A stretch of 59,529 nt of DNA, counting the filler. It is 6 parts of 6 records of this genome, joined end to end, with 100 filler letters (N's around TTAATTAATTAA, not from the genome) between each part and the next. Parts side by side here need not be neighbours in the genome. Positions count along the whole stretch, not along the records: positions 1 to 20,782 come from SRR31156797_53570; 5 more parts are not named here. One strand, written 5' to 3'. A program made the position numbers and the translations under genes. Shown here piece by piece: positions 10,407-20,882 of this stretch; position 1 is the first letter of the stretch; each line of letters starts with the position of its first letter. The notes under the pieces were generated by a model. That model was not told where the DNA came from and did no database searches. It was given only the letters and a program-made list of their open reading frames with translations.

Positions 10407-10859
10407 CTACTCAGTTGAAGCCGATTTGCTTATCGATGCCAAAGCTTTTTCCAGTTGTGCTATGACCTTGTCGCACCCTGAAATAGCATGTCTGTCACGT
10501 AGGTATTGCGGGTTGTTATAGGTAACCCATACCTTGCCGTCTTTATCCTCCCACACAAGCATTTTTTGCGGCAGATCAATGGCCACACTCTGCTGACATT
10601 GCATCAGGGGCGCTCCGACAACCGGATTGCCGAAGATGAGGAGTTCTGTTTTCCGTAAATTAATTCCAGCGAGTTTTGCCCCCTCGGAGTGCTTTATACG
10701 GTTAAAAACCGTCAGCCCCTTCTTTTGCATTATTATTTCAAGTCGATCTGCTGTTGTCTGCACAGAGAAAGTACTTGCAACATTTACAATACCATCGGCT
10801 GCCTGTGCAGAAAATGTCATGGAAATGGTGAGCAGAAGAAAAAGGAATGCTTTTTTCAT
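10407..10859 (-). CDS. DUF302 family exported protein
   Basis: Signal peptide, VFNRIKHSEGA, LLIFGNPVVGAPLMQ, IDLPQKMLVWED. Confidence 0.88.
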   Translation of the reverse strand: MKKAFLFLLLTISMTFSAQAADGIVNVASTFSVQTTADRLEIIMQKKGLTVFNRIKHSEGAKLAGINLRKTELLIFGNPVVGAPLMQCQQSVAIDLPQKMLVWEDKDGKVWVTYNNPQYLRDRHAISGCDKVIAQLEKALASISKSASTE

Positions 10860-10912
10860 GTTTCCTCCGAAAAATTCTTGTAATTGTTACCTATTATTGG
10901 GGTACTGTTAAA

Positions 10913-11037
10913 TAAATAGTGCGAATCCATAAATGGACTTTTCACTCAAATTCGGCGTTGTCTCAAAACCTTATCCTCGGAGGCTACACTTACCTGAACT
11001 TTAGCGAAAATCCTCATTCATGTATAGGCACTAAATA
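10913..11037. mobile_element. MITE-like non-autonomous element (113 bp, 10919-11031) with 6-bp target-site duplication TAAATA
   Basis: Imperfect ~35-bp terminal inverted repeats: GTGCGAATCCATAAATGGACTTTTCACTCAAATTC versus the reverse complement of the right end, GTGCCTATACATGAATGAGGATTTTCGCTAAAGTTC. TAAATA occurs at 10913-10918 and 11032-11037. Confidence 0.7.
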
Positions 11038-11401
11038 GTAAAAAACAGGGGAACAAGCTTGTCTCTTACCCATAATATGGGTGTAGGCTTTTTGAAAGGA
11101 TAAAAAAAGAGTGTTTTAGCTGCAGCGTGTATTTTTCCCTCGTTGTTAATAGTATCTTGTTCTTAAAAAGCTGTTGTTGTGGGGCTTTTTTGTTTGTTGA
11201 ATGTGGCGGCTGAACATATGGTGTGCCAATGTTTACACGGATGTATTTCGAAAGCCTTTCTTGCGAAGCGGCATACCAGCCTATGGAGTTTGTTTCTTCG
11301 GGGGTGAAATTCAGTTTCCGTGGCAATAATAAATTTTACTAATTGGATAGCGTGTGTCGTGTCACTTTGTCCGGAAAAATATTTAACAGCGGTAATAAAC
11401 G

Positions 11402-12385
11402 ATGGCCCAAAAGAAGATGGACGTCAAAGTAAACTCATTGCCTGTAGATTTTTCCCAGGCTTTGGATGTGTATACTCATGTTTCAGAGAAGATCCAAACT
11501 ATCATCAGGGGTAAAGAGAAAACCATACGATTGCTGTTGGCAGCCTTTTTTTCCGGCGGACATGTCTTACTGGAGGATGTGCCTGGAACAGGAAAGACAA
11601 CCATTGCAAAAAGCCTGGCTCAATCAGTTGATATAGCTTTTGGCAGACTCCAGTTTACTCCTGATATGCTGCCGGCAGATATCCTTGGTGTCTCTATTTA
11701 CAGGCAGCACAATGGACAATTCGAATACATTCAAGGACCTGTCTTTACAAATATCCTTCTTGCCGACGAGATTAATAGAGCAAGCCCGCGCACCCAGTCC
11801 GCACTGCTTGAAGCAATGGCGGAAAGACAGGTGACGATTGAGGGGAATAATTATGCTCTGCCTGGGCTTTTTTTTGTGATAGCCACCCAAAATCCAGTGG
11901 AGTTTCATGGAACCTATCCTCTTCCTGAGTCGCAGATGGATCGGTTTATGATCGAGCTCTCTCCCGGTTACCTTGATAGAAGTGCAGAGGTAACCGTGCT
12001 GGGTGATCAACTTGTTGACCACCCTTTGAGTTCGATGCGTCCGGTAAGTACCGAAAAGCAGGTCCTCGAGGTCACCCGCTCAATTGCCCATGTACGAATT
12101 TCAGAAGAACTGCAGTACTATATTGTTGATGTGGTAAGCGCGACTAGAAACGCTGAGAGTATTCTGCTTGGAGCAAGTGTACGGGGATCGCTTGCTCTGA
12201 TGAAAATGTCTCAGGCCCTGGCTCTGTTTGGAGGTAGGGAATACGTTATTCCTGATGACATCGTTGAGGCCGCGCCATATGTACTCGCACACCGTCTACA
12301 GCTCACTTCACAGGCGAGGTTCTCTGGGTTGACTGCCCGGGGAGTTATTCATTCCATTCTTGAGCAAGTTCCTCAACCCCGATGA
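11402..12385 (+). CDS. MoxR-family AAA+ ATPase
   Basis: GHVLLEDVPGTGKT, RLQFTPDMLPADILG, LADEINRASPRTQSALLEAM, ATQNPVE..GTYPLPESQMDRF. Confidence 0.95.
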   Translation: MAQKKMDVKVNSLPVDFSQALDVYTHVSEKIQTIIRGKEKTIRLLLAAFFSGGHVLLEDVPGTGKTTIAKSLAQSVDIAFGRLQFTPDMLPADILGVSIYRQHNGQFEYIQGPVFTNILLADEINRASPRTQSALLEAMAERQVTIEGNNYALPGLFFVIATQNPVEFHGTYPLPESQMDRFMIELSPGYLDRSAEVTVLGDQLVDHPLSSMRPVSTEKQVLEVTRSIAHVRISEELQYYIVDVVSATRNAESILLGASVRGSLALMKMSQALALFGGREYVIPDDIVEAAPYVLAHRLQLTSQARFSGLTARGVIHSILEQVPQPR

Positions 12386-13728
12386 GGTACAGACTGTATA
12401 AAATTTACAGGCTTGTTGCCAGAGTAAAACAACGGCTGCATTCCAGAACCACCTCGTTTGGCAGGTTGTTGGCTCTGTTTTCCTTGTTGATGATGTTGTT
12501 CGGTCTTAACACCAGGCAGACCATGATGTATCAACTGGCAGCTGTTTGCCTCACGGTGAGTATTGTTGGCTTTCTATTTTCATTTTTCTGCACCCCTCGG
12601 ATAAGGGTACGGAGAAGATTGCCCAAGACCTGTATCGTTGGAGAAAATATCACCTACGTGTTGGCGGTTGAAAATAACTGCTCTCAGGGGCTAGCCGATG
12701 TTTTTTATCGAGAACAGGCTGGAAATGGTATGCCAACCTACCAGCAATATAGCATTTTCATGAAAGAGAAGGAGATAAAGCGCAATATCATAGATAGGAA
12801 ATTTGGCTATTACCAGTGGCGCGAATTACTTAGGATGGTGGGTGGTGTTGACCTGGAGACTCACTCGTTGCCAAGTTTACTTCCTGGTGAAAAGAAAACT
12901 GTGGAGGTTTCACTGGTGCCTTTGAGAAGAGGGTATCTTTCTTTCACTGGCTATGTGGTTTTTTCTTTGGACCCTTTCGGCCTTTTTAAAAAGAGTGCTT
13001 TTGTTAGTGCTCCTTGTAAAATGCTTGCCCTTCCCAGGAGGTATCCTGTGGTATCCAGAGAACCAACCGGGTCGAGAAAATATCACCAGGGAGGGGTAAC
13101 AGCTGCAGCTGGGAGTGGTGATACAGGGGAATTCATCTCTTTGCGCGAATATTTTTCAGGTGATCCCGTTAAGCATATCGATTGGAAAGCCACCGCAAGA
13201 ACTGGTGAGACAATTATCAGGCAGTTTGAAGATGAATATTTTTCCAGATACGCGGTGGTGGTTGATACCTTCACCACCCAAAAAAGGGGAGCTGTTTTGG
13301 AGGACGTTCTCTCTGTTGCAGCATCGATAATTATTGATCAGGACTTCACAGCTAGTTTTGTTGATATGTTCCTGGCTAGCCAGTTGGGAGTCACCTCGTT
13401 GTCCTGCGGGAGAGGTAACGTTGACCAATATAGTCTGCTTGAAGCACTGGCATGTGCTGAAGCCTGCTGCACGCTCACTTTCCAGACCATGACCAAAACT
13501 TTAATGGAGTATCTGCCTTTGCTGAGCGGGGTGATCCTCATCCTGCTCGATGTTGATGAGCAGCGCATGGAGCTGGTGCGCTTGTTGGCTCAAGAAAAAA
13601 TTCCCTGTAGAGTAATTGTTGTCACCACTGATGAGCAACTCACTCAGGAAAAAATCAGTCGTCACACGCTGTATAAAGCCATTGTTTTTCCTGTTGATGC
13701 AAAAGTTAAGGTTTTGGATTTTCAATGA
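12382..13728 (+). CDS. DUF58 (vWA-like) membrane-anchored protein
   Basis: PLRRG, DPFGLF, EFISLREYFSGDPVKHIDWKATAR; follows the MoxR gene. Confidence 0.9.
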   Translation: MRYRLYKIYRLVARVKQRLHSRTTSFGRLLALFSLLMMLFGLNTRQTMMYQLAAVCLTVSIVGFLFSFFCTPRIRVRRRLPKTCIVGENITYVLAVENNCSQGLADVFYREQAGNGMPTYQQYSIFMKEKEIKRNIIDRKFGYYQWRELLRMVGGVDLETHSLPSLLPGEKKTVEVSLVPLRRGYLSFTGYVVFSLDPFGLFKKSAFVSAPCKMLALPRRYPVVSREPTGSRKYHQGGVTAAAGSGDTGEFISLREYFSGDPVKHIDWKATARTGETIIRQFEDEYFSRYAVVVDTFTTQKRGAVLEDVLSVAASIIIDQDFTASFVDMFLASQLGVTSLSCGRGNVDQYSLLEALACAEACCTLTFQTMTKTLMEYLPLLSGVILILLDVDEQRMELVRLLAQEKIPCRVIVVTTDEQLTQEKISRHTLYKAIVFPVDAKVKVLDFQ

Positions 13729-15734
13729 GTATTCCTTCACTGCTTATTGCCTCCGCCGCCTTGTTCTGGGGGATGGAAAGCAAAAATTTATTCATTGGCG
13801 CGGTGTTGTCAGTTCTTATTGGAGCAGAGTGTTTTCTAAGTAGACGATGGAAGCTGGAACAGGATGACTTCATAAGAGTTTCCGATCTGACGTCTATCAT
13901 TTTTTTGGCTGCCGCGGCTATTATTCTGCTCAATGTGGATAACGTGTTTTTCTTAAAAACATTGATTGTCTGGCAACCAACCGTTCTGCTGCCGCTTCTT
14001 CTTGCCCAGATCTATACAGGGCAGGACAAAATTATTATCGGTACTCGTTTTGGTTTTCGCCGCAAGCAAGCCCATGCCCACGAACCCTTAGATTTTAAAA
14101 TTTATTATCTGGGGATATGCTTTGTTGCAGCCGCCATGGCCAATAGCCGCTCACCATTCTTTTTTCCATACGCCTCTGGATTGTTGTTTTGGCTACTTTT
14201 TGTGAATCGTGGTCAGAGGTTTTCCCGATATATTTTTTGTCTTGCGTTTATTATGGCACTGATTGGTGGTTTTGCTGGGTTCAAGCTGGCGGAAACCGCA
14301 CATCAGTATGTTCGGGAAAAAACCAGGCGCTTTATGCATGATTATTACGCCGGTAAGTATACCGATCCTTTTCAATCACACCTTTCCTACGGCAATATCG
14401 GGCAGTTAAAATTTTCTGGAAAAATTATATTAAGGGTCAAAAGTAATGGTTCTCCCCCAACCTTGCTGCGTCAGGCAAGTTATGAAACTTATCATAAAAA
14501 TACCTGGCACAGTAATAAGCAGTTCGAATACCTGTTGACTCGCGATATAGGCTGGGATTTGCACCCTCAACCCCACACGCCGGAAAAGAAGGCGATCATA
14601 GAATATTACCTGCCAAAGGAGCAGGGATTGCTGCCCCAGCCCTATGGCAGCTATCGGATAGAGGGAGGGACGCTTTATGAACTGTCTCAAAAAAAAGATG
14701 GGGTAGTGAGGATTGTCGATGGAGCGCCACTTATACGTTATGACATTTATTATAACCCTGGAGTCTTTCCATCTGTTGATGCACCAACGTACAGAAATCT
14801 TGCAGTACAGAAGGGTGAAAATCATTACCTCGGTCCCATTGTTGACGGCTTACAACTTGAAGGCCTTACAATAGAGGAAAAAATACAACAGATACATCAT
14901 TTTTTTGGAGATGGTTTTACTTACTCCCTGCGTTCTATTAAATCCGAGCAGTATACTTCTGTTGTAGAGCGGTTTTTAGTTAAGGATCGGTCGGGTTATT
15001 GCGAACTTTTTGCAACTGCCACTGCACTCATATTACGACAGGCAGGTGTACCCAGCCGGTACGTAACTGGATATGCAGTATCCGAAAAAAGCACTTTGGA
15101 AGATAAATATGTGGTGCGAGACCGGCACAGCCATGCTTGGGCAGAGGCGTATGTTCATAATCGTTGGGTGGCGGTCGATACTACACCGGCTAACTGGCTA
15201 ACCTGGGAAAAGGAAAACGGTTCGCGTTTCGAGAAGGTGCGGGATTTTTTTTCGTATATAAAATTGAAATATGATCATTTTCGGATGGGCACAGAGCAAA
15301 ATTATACAGTTGCACTGACTATAGTTGTCGTCATACTTGCGCTGGTCCTTGTATTTAGAATCTATCGGCGTATGGATGCGAAGACCAGAGGCAATGAGGT
15401 GCAAGAAAAGAAGAACGCAACGAGTGTGGATTCGCCATTTTATAGAGTTGTAAAAAAACTATCTGAGTATGGGGTCCCTCGCAAATCCAATGAGTCTTTT
15501 TTATCTTGGGTAACAAGAGTACAGCAGCAGAACAACATTGATATCGTAACTCTAACTCAGATGTTACATCTGCATCAGCGGTTGCGCTTTGATCCGGAAG
15601 GGTTGGAAAGCTATGAAAAACAACAATTGTTGGAACTTACCGACCAATGGCTTGCTGAGCATGGGGTAAGGAAGCCTACGAATATCTCCTCTGAAAGGGA
15701 GAATACTTTGTCTTCTAGGAGTCTGTCGGACTGA
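13725..15734 (+). CDS. Membrane transglutaminase-like protein (TgpA/DUF3488 type)
   Basis: N-terminal TM helices; catalytic triad motifs GYCELFA, HAWAE, DTT; GVPSRYVTGY. Confidence 0.9.
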   Translation: MSIPSLLIASAALFWGMESKNLFIGAVLSVLIGAECFLSRRWKLEQDDFIRVSDLTSIIFLAAAAIILLNVDNVFFLKTLIVWQPTVLLPLLLAQIYTGQDKIIIGTRFGFRRKQAHAHEPLDFKIYYLGICFVAAAMANSRSPFFFPYASGLLFWLLFVNRGQRFSRYIFCLAFIMALIGGFAGFKLAETAHQYVREKTRRFMHDYYAGKYTDPFQSHLSYGNIGQLKFSGKIILRVKSNGSPPTLLRQASYETYHKNTWHSNKQFEYLLTRDIGWDLHPQPHTPEKKAIIEYYLPKEQGLLPQPYGSYRIEGGTLYELSQKKDGVVRIVDGAPLIRYDIYYNPGVFPSVDAPTYRNLAVQKGENHYLGPIVDGLQLEGLTIEEKIQQIHHFFGDGFTYSLRSIKSEQYTSVVERFLVKDRSGYCELFATATALILRQAGVPSRYVTGYAVSEKSTLEDKYVVRDRHSHAWAEAYVHNRWVAVDTTPANWLTWEKENGSRFEKVRDFFSYIKLKYDHFRMGTEQNYTVALTIVVVILALVLVFRIYRRMDAKTRGNEVQEKKNATSVDSPFYRVVKKLSEYGVPRKSNESFLSWVTRVQQQNNIDIVTLTQMLHLHQRLRFDPEGLESYEKQQLLELTDQWLAEHGVRKPTNISSERENTLSSRSLSD

Positions 15735-15877
15735 ACCCTCTTCCATCAACTCGGCCTTATTGCCGAAAAAATTAATACTCGCAGGTAAGCGCAGACTCCG
15801 ATATTAAGTATTTAACTGAACTTAATTTTTCAACAATATCTTGGTTTGCAGTAAAAAGTGTTCAATCCGACAGGCTC

Positions 15878-18800
15878 CTAGTGGTTAAGTTTGGCATCGT
15901 CTAAAGATTTCCGCACTATCCTTGCCAAATCATTTTTGACAACAGGCTTCATTAGAAATCCCTTAACTCCCAATGCAGCAGTATCTATTTCGTTAATCCT
16001 TTCACTGTATCCCGTACATATTATAATTGGTAAACTTGGTTTTATCGCGAGGAGCTTCTTGGCAAGTTTGTCGCCGGTCATACCCGGCATGGTCATATCA
16101 GTAATAACAAGGTCAATTTTTTCCGGGTTTGATTCAAAAGCCTTAAGGGCTTCAATGCTGCTAAGTCGCTCAGTAACCCTGTAACCAAGTCGCTCCAGTA
16201 TTCTTTTTTCCAGGAAAGCAATTGGTGGTTCGTCATCAACAACTAATATGCTTTCTGTTCCACCCGGGCTTTCGAATTGTGCAGACAACGCTCTCGTCAT
16301 ATTTGGAAATGACTTTAAAATAGGGAGAAAGACCTCAAAAACGGTCCTCTCTCCAGGTTGACTAGAAACGAAAATTTCTCCGCCGTGGTCTTTGACGATT
16401 CCTGAAACAGTTGCCAGTCCCAATCCAGTGCCCTTGCCCTGGTCTTTGGTGGTAAAATATGGATCAAATATTTTGTCAGCAATTTCGGGGCGTATTCCAC
16501 AACCCGCGTCAGATACGGATAGAAGTACGTATTTTCCCGGCTTAAGGTCTTTTGCGAGTTTGTCTCCCTCGTTGACTGGCATTTCTTCCAAGCATACGCA
16601 AATTGTGCCATTATTGTGTTCCACAGCATGGTAAGCATTTGTAATTAGATTCATGGCGACTTGATGAATCTGGATAGAGTCTCCCTCTATTAACCCGATG
16701 TCTGCAGGTATCTTCTGCTCTATTTCGATAGAAGAGGGAATTGATGCACGGCAAAGTTTTAGAACTTCCTTCAGCACCACCTGGATCCTCATGGGAATTT
16801 TTTTGTATTTTCTTTGACGGCTGAAAGCAAGTATCTGTTTGACCAACTGGCTTCCCCTGTTTCCTGCATTGAGTATCTGAGAGGCATTTTCATGTTCGAT
16901 ACTGTCTGGCGGGAAATCTTCTAAAAGTATTTCAGCCATACCTATAATCGGAGTAAGGATGTTGTTGAAATCATGGGCGATACCACCAGCCAAGTTGCCA
17001 ATTGCTTCCATCTCTTGGGCCCGCTGCAACTTACCCTGGATCTCTTTCATTTCCGTGGTATCTCTGAACGCAGTCAACTTCAGTATGGAACCGTCAGGCA
17101 ACGTCATGGGAGCACTGGAGACATGGTAGGAGCGGTTATCCAATGGGCTGATGATATCAGTTTCATAAGCCTTATCTGATTTATCGGTAAAAAAACGGCA
17201 CCACGTACATTGTTCATCAAACCCATGCAGAGCTTTGTGACACTCTTCACCCGTTGCATCACGACCGATTCGTTTCACCATTGCTGGATTCATATAGTTG
17301 ATCCTTTTGTCCGATGAACAGATATACAGCGGGTCAATCATGGATTCCATCATGGTGCGGTATTTTTCTTCACTTTCCTTTAGCTTGTTTTCCGTTTGCT
17401 TGGCATTTGTAATGTCAAGTGCCGTAAAGGTGACCCCTTCTGACCAATCCGCAGGATTAAGTGGGGAAGAACTCATTAAAATATCGAGTATCGCACCATT
17501 TTTATGCTGCATGCGAGTCTCTACTGTGCCGGTTTTACTCTCTGTAATTTGCTTGTACTTTTCTCTGCCAACAAATTCATAGTCGGTATCACTACAGTAG
17601 AGCATACGGCTGTCGTGATTTATAAGTTCATCTTTTGAATATCCAACCATTTGGCAGAAGAGGGCGTTAACTTCTGTAAATACCCTGTTGGAGACAACCC
17701 CAATACCAGTAGGGACGGCCCGAAAAATACTTCGCATTTTGTCCTCACTGATTCTCAGTGCATACTCTAACTCTTTATGGCGAGTGATATCTGTATGTGT
17801 GCCAAGCATTCTGAGTGCTTTTCCTGCAGGATTTCTGCTTATGGCCATTCCGCGACCAAGAATCCATCGCCAACTGCCATCTTTGTGTTTCATGCGGAAA
17901 TCAACCTGAAAATTTTTTACGCGATTATCTATGCAGTCCTGAGATGTCTGCATTGTTTCATCTATGTCTTCAGGGTGTATAAGATTTAAGAAGGTATCAA
18001 TATGATTGGGCAGTTCGGTTAAACTATATCCAAGCATCGCTGCATAGGCTGGGCTGAAATACACTTCTCCAGTGGCAATCTTCCAGTCCCATAATCCATC
18101 CCTGCTGGCCTCCATTGCTTTTTTGAACCGTTCCTCACTTTCCGATAGCAGGGCTTCACTTTTTCTTTTTCGGCGAATAGTAATTACCAATATCCAGATA
18201 ACTGCTGCCTGGCAGAGAAGGAACAGGATAATTCCCCATACTAGCATTTGGTTTTCTTTGTAAAAAGACTCTGGGATGTTTTTGACAACACTTCCTGGTG
18301 GTAGCTCAGTCGTATCAATCTTGAATTTTTCAAGCATGTTGTAGTCAAACAGTGGGACGTTTGGGCTTTTTTTGATTACTTGGATTTCGTCGACCGGTTT
18401 TCCTCTGATTATCTGGATAGCCATCTCCCCTGCCTTTTCCCCCTGAAGGGGGAAAAAGGTGACAACCCCACCCAGCACACCATGGGCTATAAAAAAATCC
18501 CATGCCGAATAGATTGGCTTTTGGCAGTGCTTAAGGATTAAAGTCATCTGCTCTTTTGGGGTAAAAGTTCTCCCCTCTCGATCTTTAAAAAATGAAAGTT
18601 GTAATAGAATCGTGTTTTCGGGTAAGGCCTCAAGTTTACCGGTCAGCTCTGTGGCACTGAGGTTCGAAAGATCCAACACGTTCAGACTTTCGGGCAAGTG
18701 AGGTTTAATTTTTCTAAACTTTTTAAGATTAGCAGTTCCCGTGGCTGTAGAGTCACTTATTACCGCAATATGAGTTGTTGCTGGGTGTAGAGACAGGCCA

Positions 18801-19273
18801 AGTTTTACGGTCTCTTCAAGGCTTATGTCCTCAACAACGCCGGTTATCGGATTCATCCCGTCAATTATCGAATCCTCATAGTTGTTAATGCCGCAGAACA
18901 CTATGGGGATATCTGGGAAAAGGCTTTTTCGCACTCTACGGACAAAAGTCAATGCGTTGTTATCGGCGACAATAATAACATCGAATTTATGCTGCTGCTG
19001 GCTGTACTTTTGTCGGTAAAGTTGCTCAGTTGCAGAAAATAACATCTCCGGTGAAAATCGTTTTGAATCCAGGTATTCAAAGTAAAAATCGACTTCCTGC
19101 CTCTTTTTTAAAAAAGCCTTTTTAATTCCGTCTACCATAGGATCTGTACCACCAAAACCTATATGGTAAGATGAAATAACCAGTACCCGGGGAAGTTCCG
19201 CAAAGACAATGTTGGGAAAGTATAAAAAGGTGGAGAGCAATAGAAGAAAACGAGCAGCTTTGAGTAACATCAC
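15878..19273 (-). CDS. Hybrid sensor histidine kinase (periplasmic ABC-binding-like sensor, TM, 3 PAS, HisKA, HATPase, REC)
   Basis: VLVISSYH..EYLDSKR, DGLWDW PAS, LAGGIAHDFNNIL, FDPYFTTK..GKGTGLGL, ILVVDDE, DMTMPGMTG. Confidence 0.93.
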   Translation of the reverse strand: MMLLKAARFLLLLSTFLYFPNIVFAELPRVLVISSYHIGFGGTDPMVDGIKKAFLKKRQEVDFYFEYLDSKRFSPEMLFSATEQLYRQKYSQQQHKFDVIIVADNNALTFVRRVRKSLFPDIPIVFCGINNYEDSIIDGMNPITGVVEDISLEETVKLGLSLHPATTHIAVISDSTATGTANLKKFRKIKPHLPESLNVLDLSNLSATELTGKLEALPENTILLQLSFFKDREGRTFTPKEQMTLILKHCQKPIYSAWDFFIAHGVLGGVVTFFPLQGEKAGEMAIQIIRGKPVDEIQVIKKSPNVPLFDYNMLEKFKIDTTELPPGSVVKNIPESFYKENQMLVWGIILFLLCQAAVIWILVITIRRKRKSEALLSESEERFKKAMEASRDGLWDWKIATGEVYFSPAYAAMLGYSLTELPNHIDTFLNLIHPEDIDETMQTSQDCIDNRVKNFQVDFRMKHKDGSWRWILGRGMAISRNPAGKALRMLGTHTDITRHKELEYALRISEDKMRSIFRAVPTGIGVVSNRVFTEVNALFCQMVGYSKDELINHDSRMLYCSDTDYEFVGREKYKQITESKTGTVETRMQHKNGAILDILMSSSPLNPADWSEGVTFTALDITNAKQTENKLKESEEKYRTMMESMIDPLYICSSDKRINYMNPAMVKRIGRDATGEECHKALHGFDEQCTWCRFFTDKSDKAYETDIISPLDNRSYHVSSAPMTLPDGSILKLTAFRDTTEMKEIQGKLQRAQEMEAIGNLAGGIAHDFNNILTPIIGMAEILLEDFPPDSIEHENASQILNAGNRGSQLVKQILAFSRQRKYKKIPMRIQVVLKEVLKLCRASIPSSIEIEQKIPADIGLIEGDSIQIHQVAMNLITNAYHAVEHNNGTICVCLEEMPVNEGDKLAKDLKPGKYVLLSVSDAGCGIRPEIADKIFDPYFTTKDQGKGTGLGLATVSGIVKDHGGEIFVSSQPGERTVFEVFLPILKSFPNMTRALSAQFESPGGTESILVVDDEPPIAFLEKRILERLGYRVTERLSSIEALKAFESNPEKIDLVITDMTMPGMTGDKLAKKLLAIKPSLPIIICTGYSERINEIDTAALGVKGFLMKPVVKNDLARIVRKSLDDAKLNH

Positions 19274-19692
19274 GGGTAAAGTCCTAAGTTTTACGATAAT
19301 TTTAAGGACAGGAAATCGATCAAGTGAAAACTAGTCACACATAGTATGTTATTAAAAATTTATATTTAAGTCAAAAACAGATCGATTATCCTCTTTTTCA
19401 GAAAAGCATGACACTTCAAATTGAATAAATTTTCTGAGAGCAGGGGAGCATACATACAACTGACTCTTTGTTTTGCAAAATTTTCACGTTCAGCCAATGG
19501 CTGAATCTGTTGAATAAGTCTATCGACTATCAAAACCATGACAAAAACGAAAGAAATGTATGCAACAAATGAATTTGACAAATAAATTTTGAAGAAGCAT
19601 AATCAACTCTCACCTTGAACTAAAATCGTTTTTGGACAGACACGGGGTACATGACCTCTTCTGATCAATCACATCTGCAAATGGAAATAGCT

Positions 19693-20782
19693 ATGCGTAA
19701 ACTGTTACACCTAAAGTTATTTATTGCCATGCTCGTCCTGTCTTTAACTACGGTTCCCCATAGCTTAGCTGAAGATAAGCCCACCCCAAATGACAATCAG
19801 CAGCCGGTAGCGGCCACCGATATTAGCAGTAACCGGCAAAATGAAACTGGAGAGCTGCCGCATCAAAAAAATGATTTTTTGACTGGCTGGCTCCGTATGC
19901 TTGACTCTCATCCCCAGAATGAGGGGGAGCTTGGAAAAGCTGTCACCGTTGTGTCGTTTGTATCACGGGTGCCTGGAGATGTTACGAGAGTTCTTAAAGC
20001 GTCTGGTGGAGAAAAAGGGTTATGGGGACTGGCACTTATGTGCTTTTTATCGTTGGTTTCTATCTCCATTGGATATCTTGCCATGTTTTGGGTAAGAAGA
20101 TCATTTCAACAGTATGTTAAGCGTCTGCAGGCAGTACAAATCCCCAACGATCAGTTTTGGTCTAAAATCATTGTATCCTTATTACATTTGATACCAAGGT
20201 TTGCGGAGCTGTTTATCATTGGGGTTGTATCTACAGTGGTTTTTATCCTGACTGCGGGGTGGATTTCAGTCCACAATAAGATGCTTTTCCAGTTGTTGCT
20301 GGGCACATTACTGATTACAAAACTTACTATTCTTTTTACCCGTGCAGCATTTTCCGTAGATGATGCAGGCAAGAGCCTTATATCTCTTCATACTCAGGTA
20401 GTCACCCCCGTTACAAAAATAGTGGGGTCAACTATCTCGATTGTCTTGATCGGCTTATTGGTTATCCGTTACTTCAGGGAGCTGGGTGTCCAAGGGCAAA
20501 CCATAGCCTGGCTTTTCATCGTATTTGGAACGTTGATGATGTTCTCAATTGGTTATCAATTGTTTTGCATGCAAAAACAGGTTGCATTTGCACTCAAAGA
20601 GGGTGCTGAACAACGATCATTGAAAGTGCAGCTGGCAGATTACTGGCTCCTCCCCGCCTTGTTTTACCTGTTAACATGCTGGGGTATATGGGTGGGGCAA
20701 GAGTTCACCGGCACTGCATTACATGATGGCGCTCTGATTGGCAGCGTGTTGATTCTACCCATTTATTTGGGAGTTTGCAGCA
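19693..20782 (+). CDS. Multi-pass membrane protein, N-terminal part (possibly a large MscS/YbiO-type channel); truncated by contig end
   Basis: Signal-like N-terminus followed by about 7 hydrophobic helices. The diagnostic MscS core is not reached, so the family is inferred. Confidence 0.45.
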
Positions 20783-20882
20783 NNNNNNNNNNNNNNNNNN
20801 NNNNNNNNNNNNNNNNNNNNNNNNNNTTAATTAATTAANNNNNNNNNNNNNNNNNNNNNNNNNNNNNNNNNNNNNNNNNNNN
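20783..20882. other. Artificial contig linker
   Basis: N44-TTAATTAATTAA-N44; GC content and codon style change across it. Confidence 0.98.

Noticed and set aside
338-20782. Selenoprotein (UGA read-through) genes or selC near selA
   Set aside because: I found no ORF pair split by an in-frame TGA at a catalytic Cys position and no tRNA-Sec fold by eye. A SECIS/tRNAscan search was not run.
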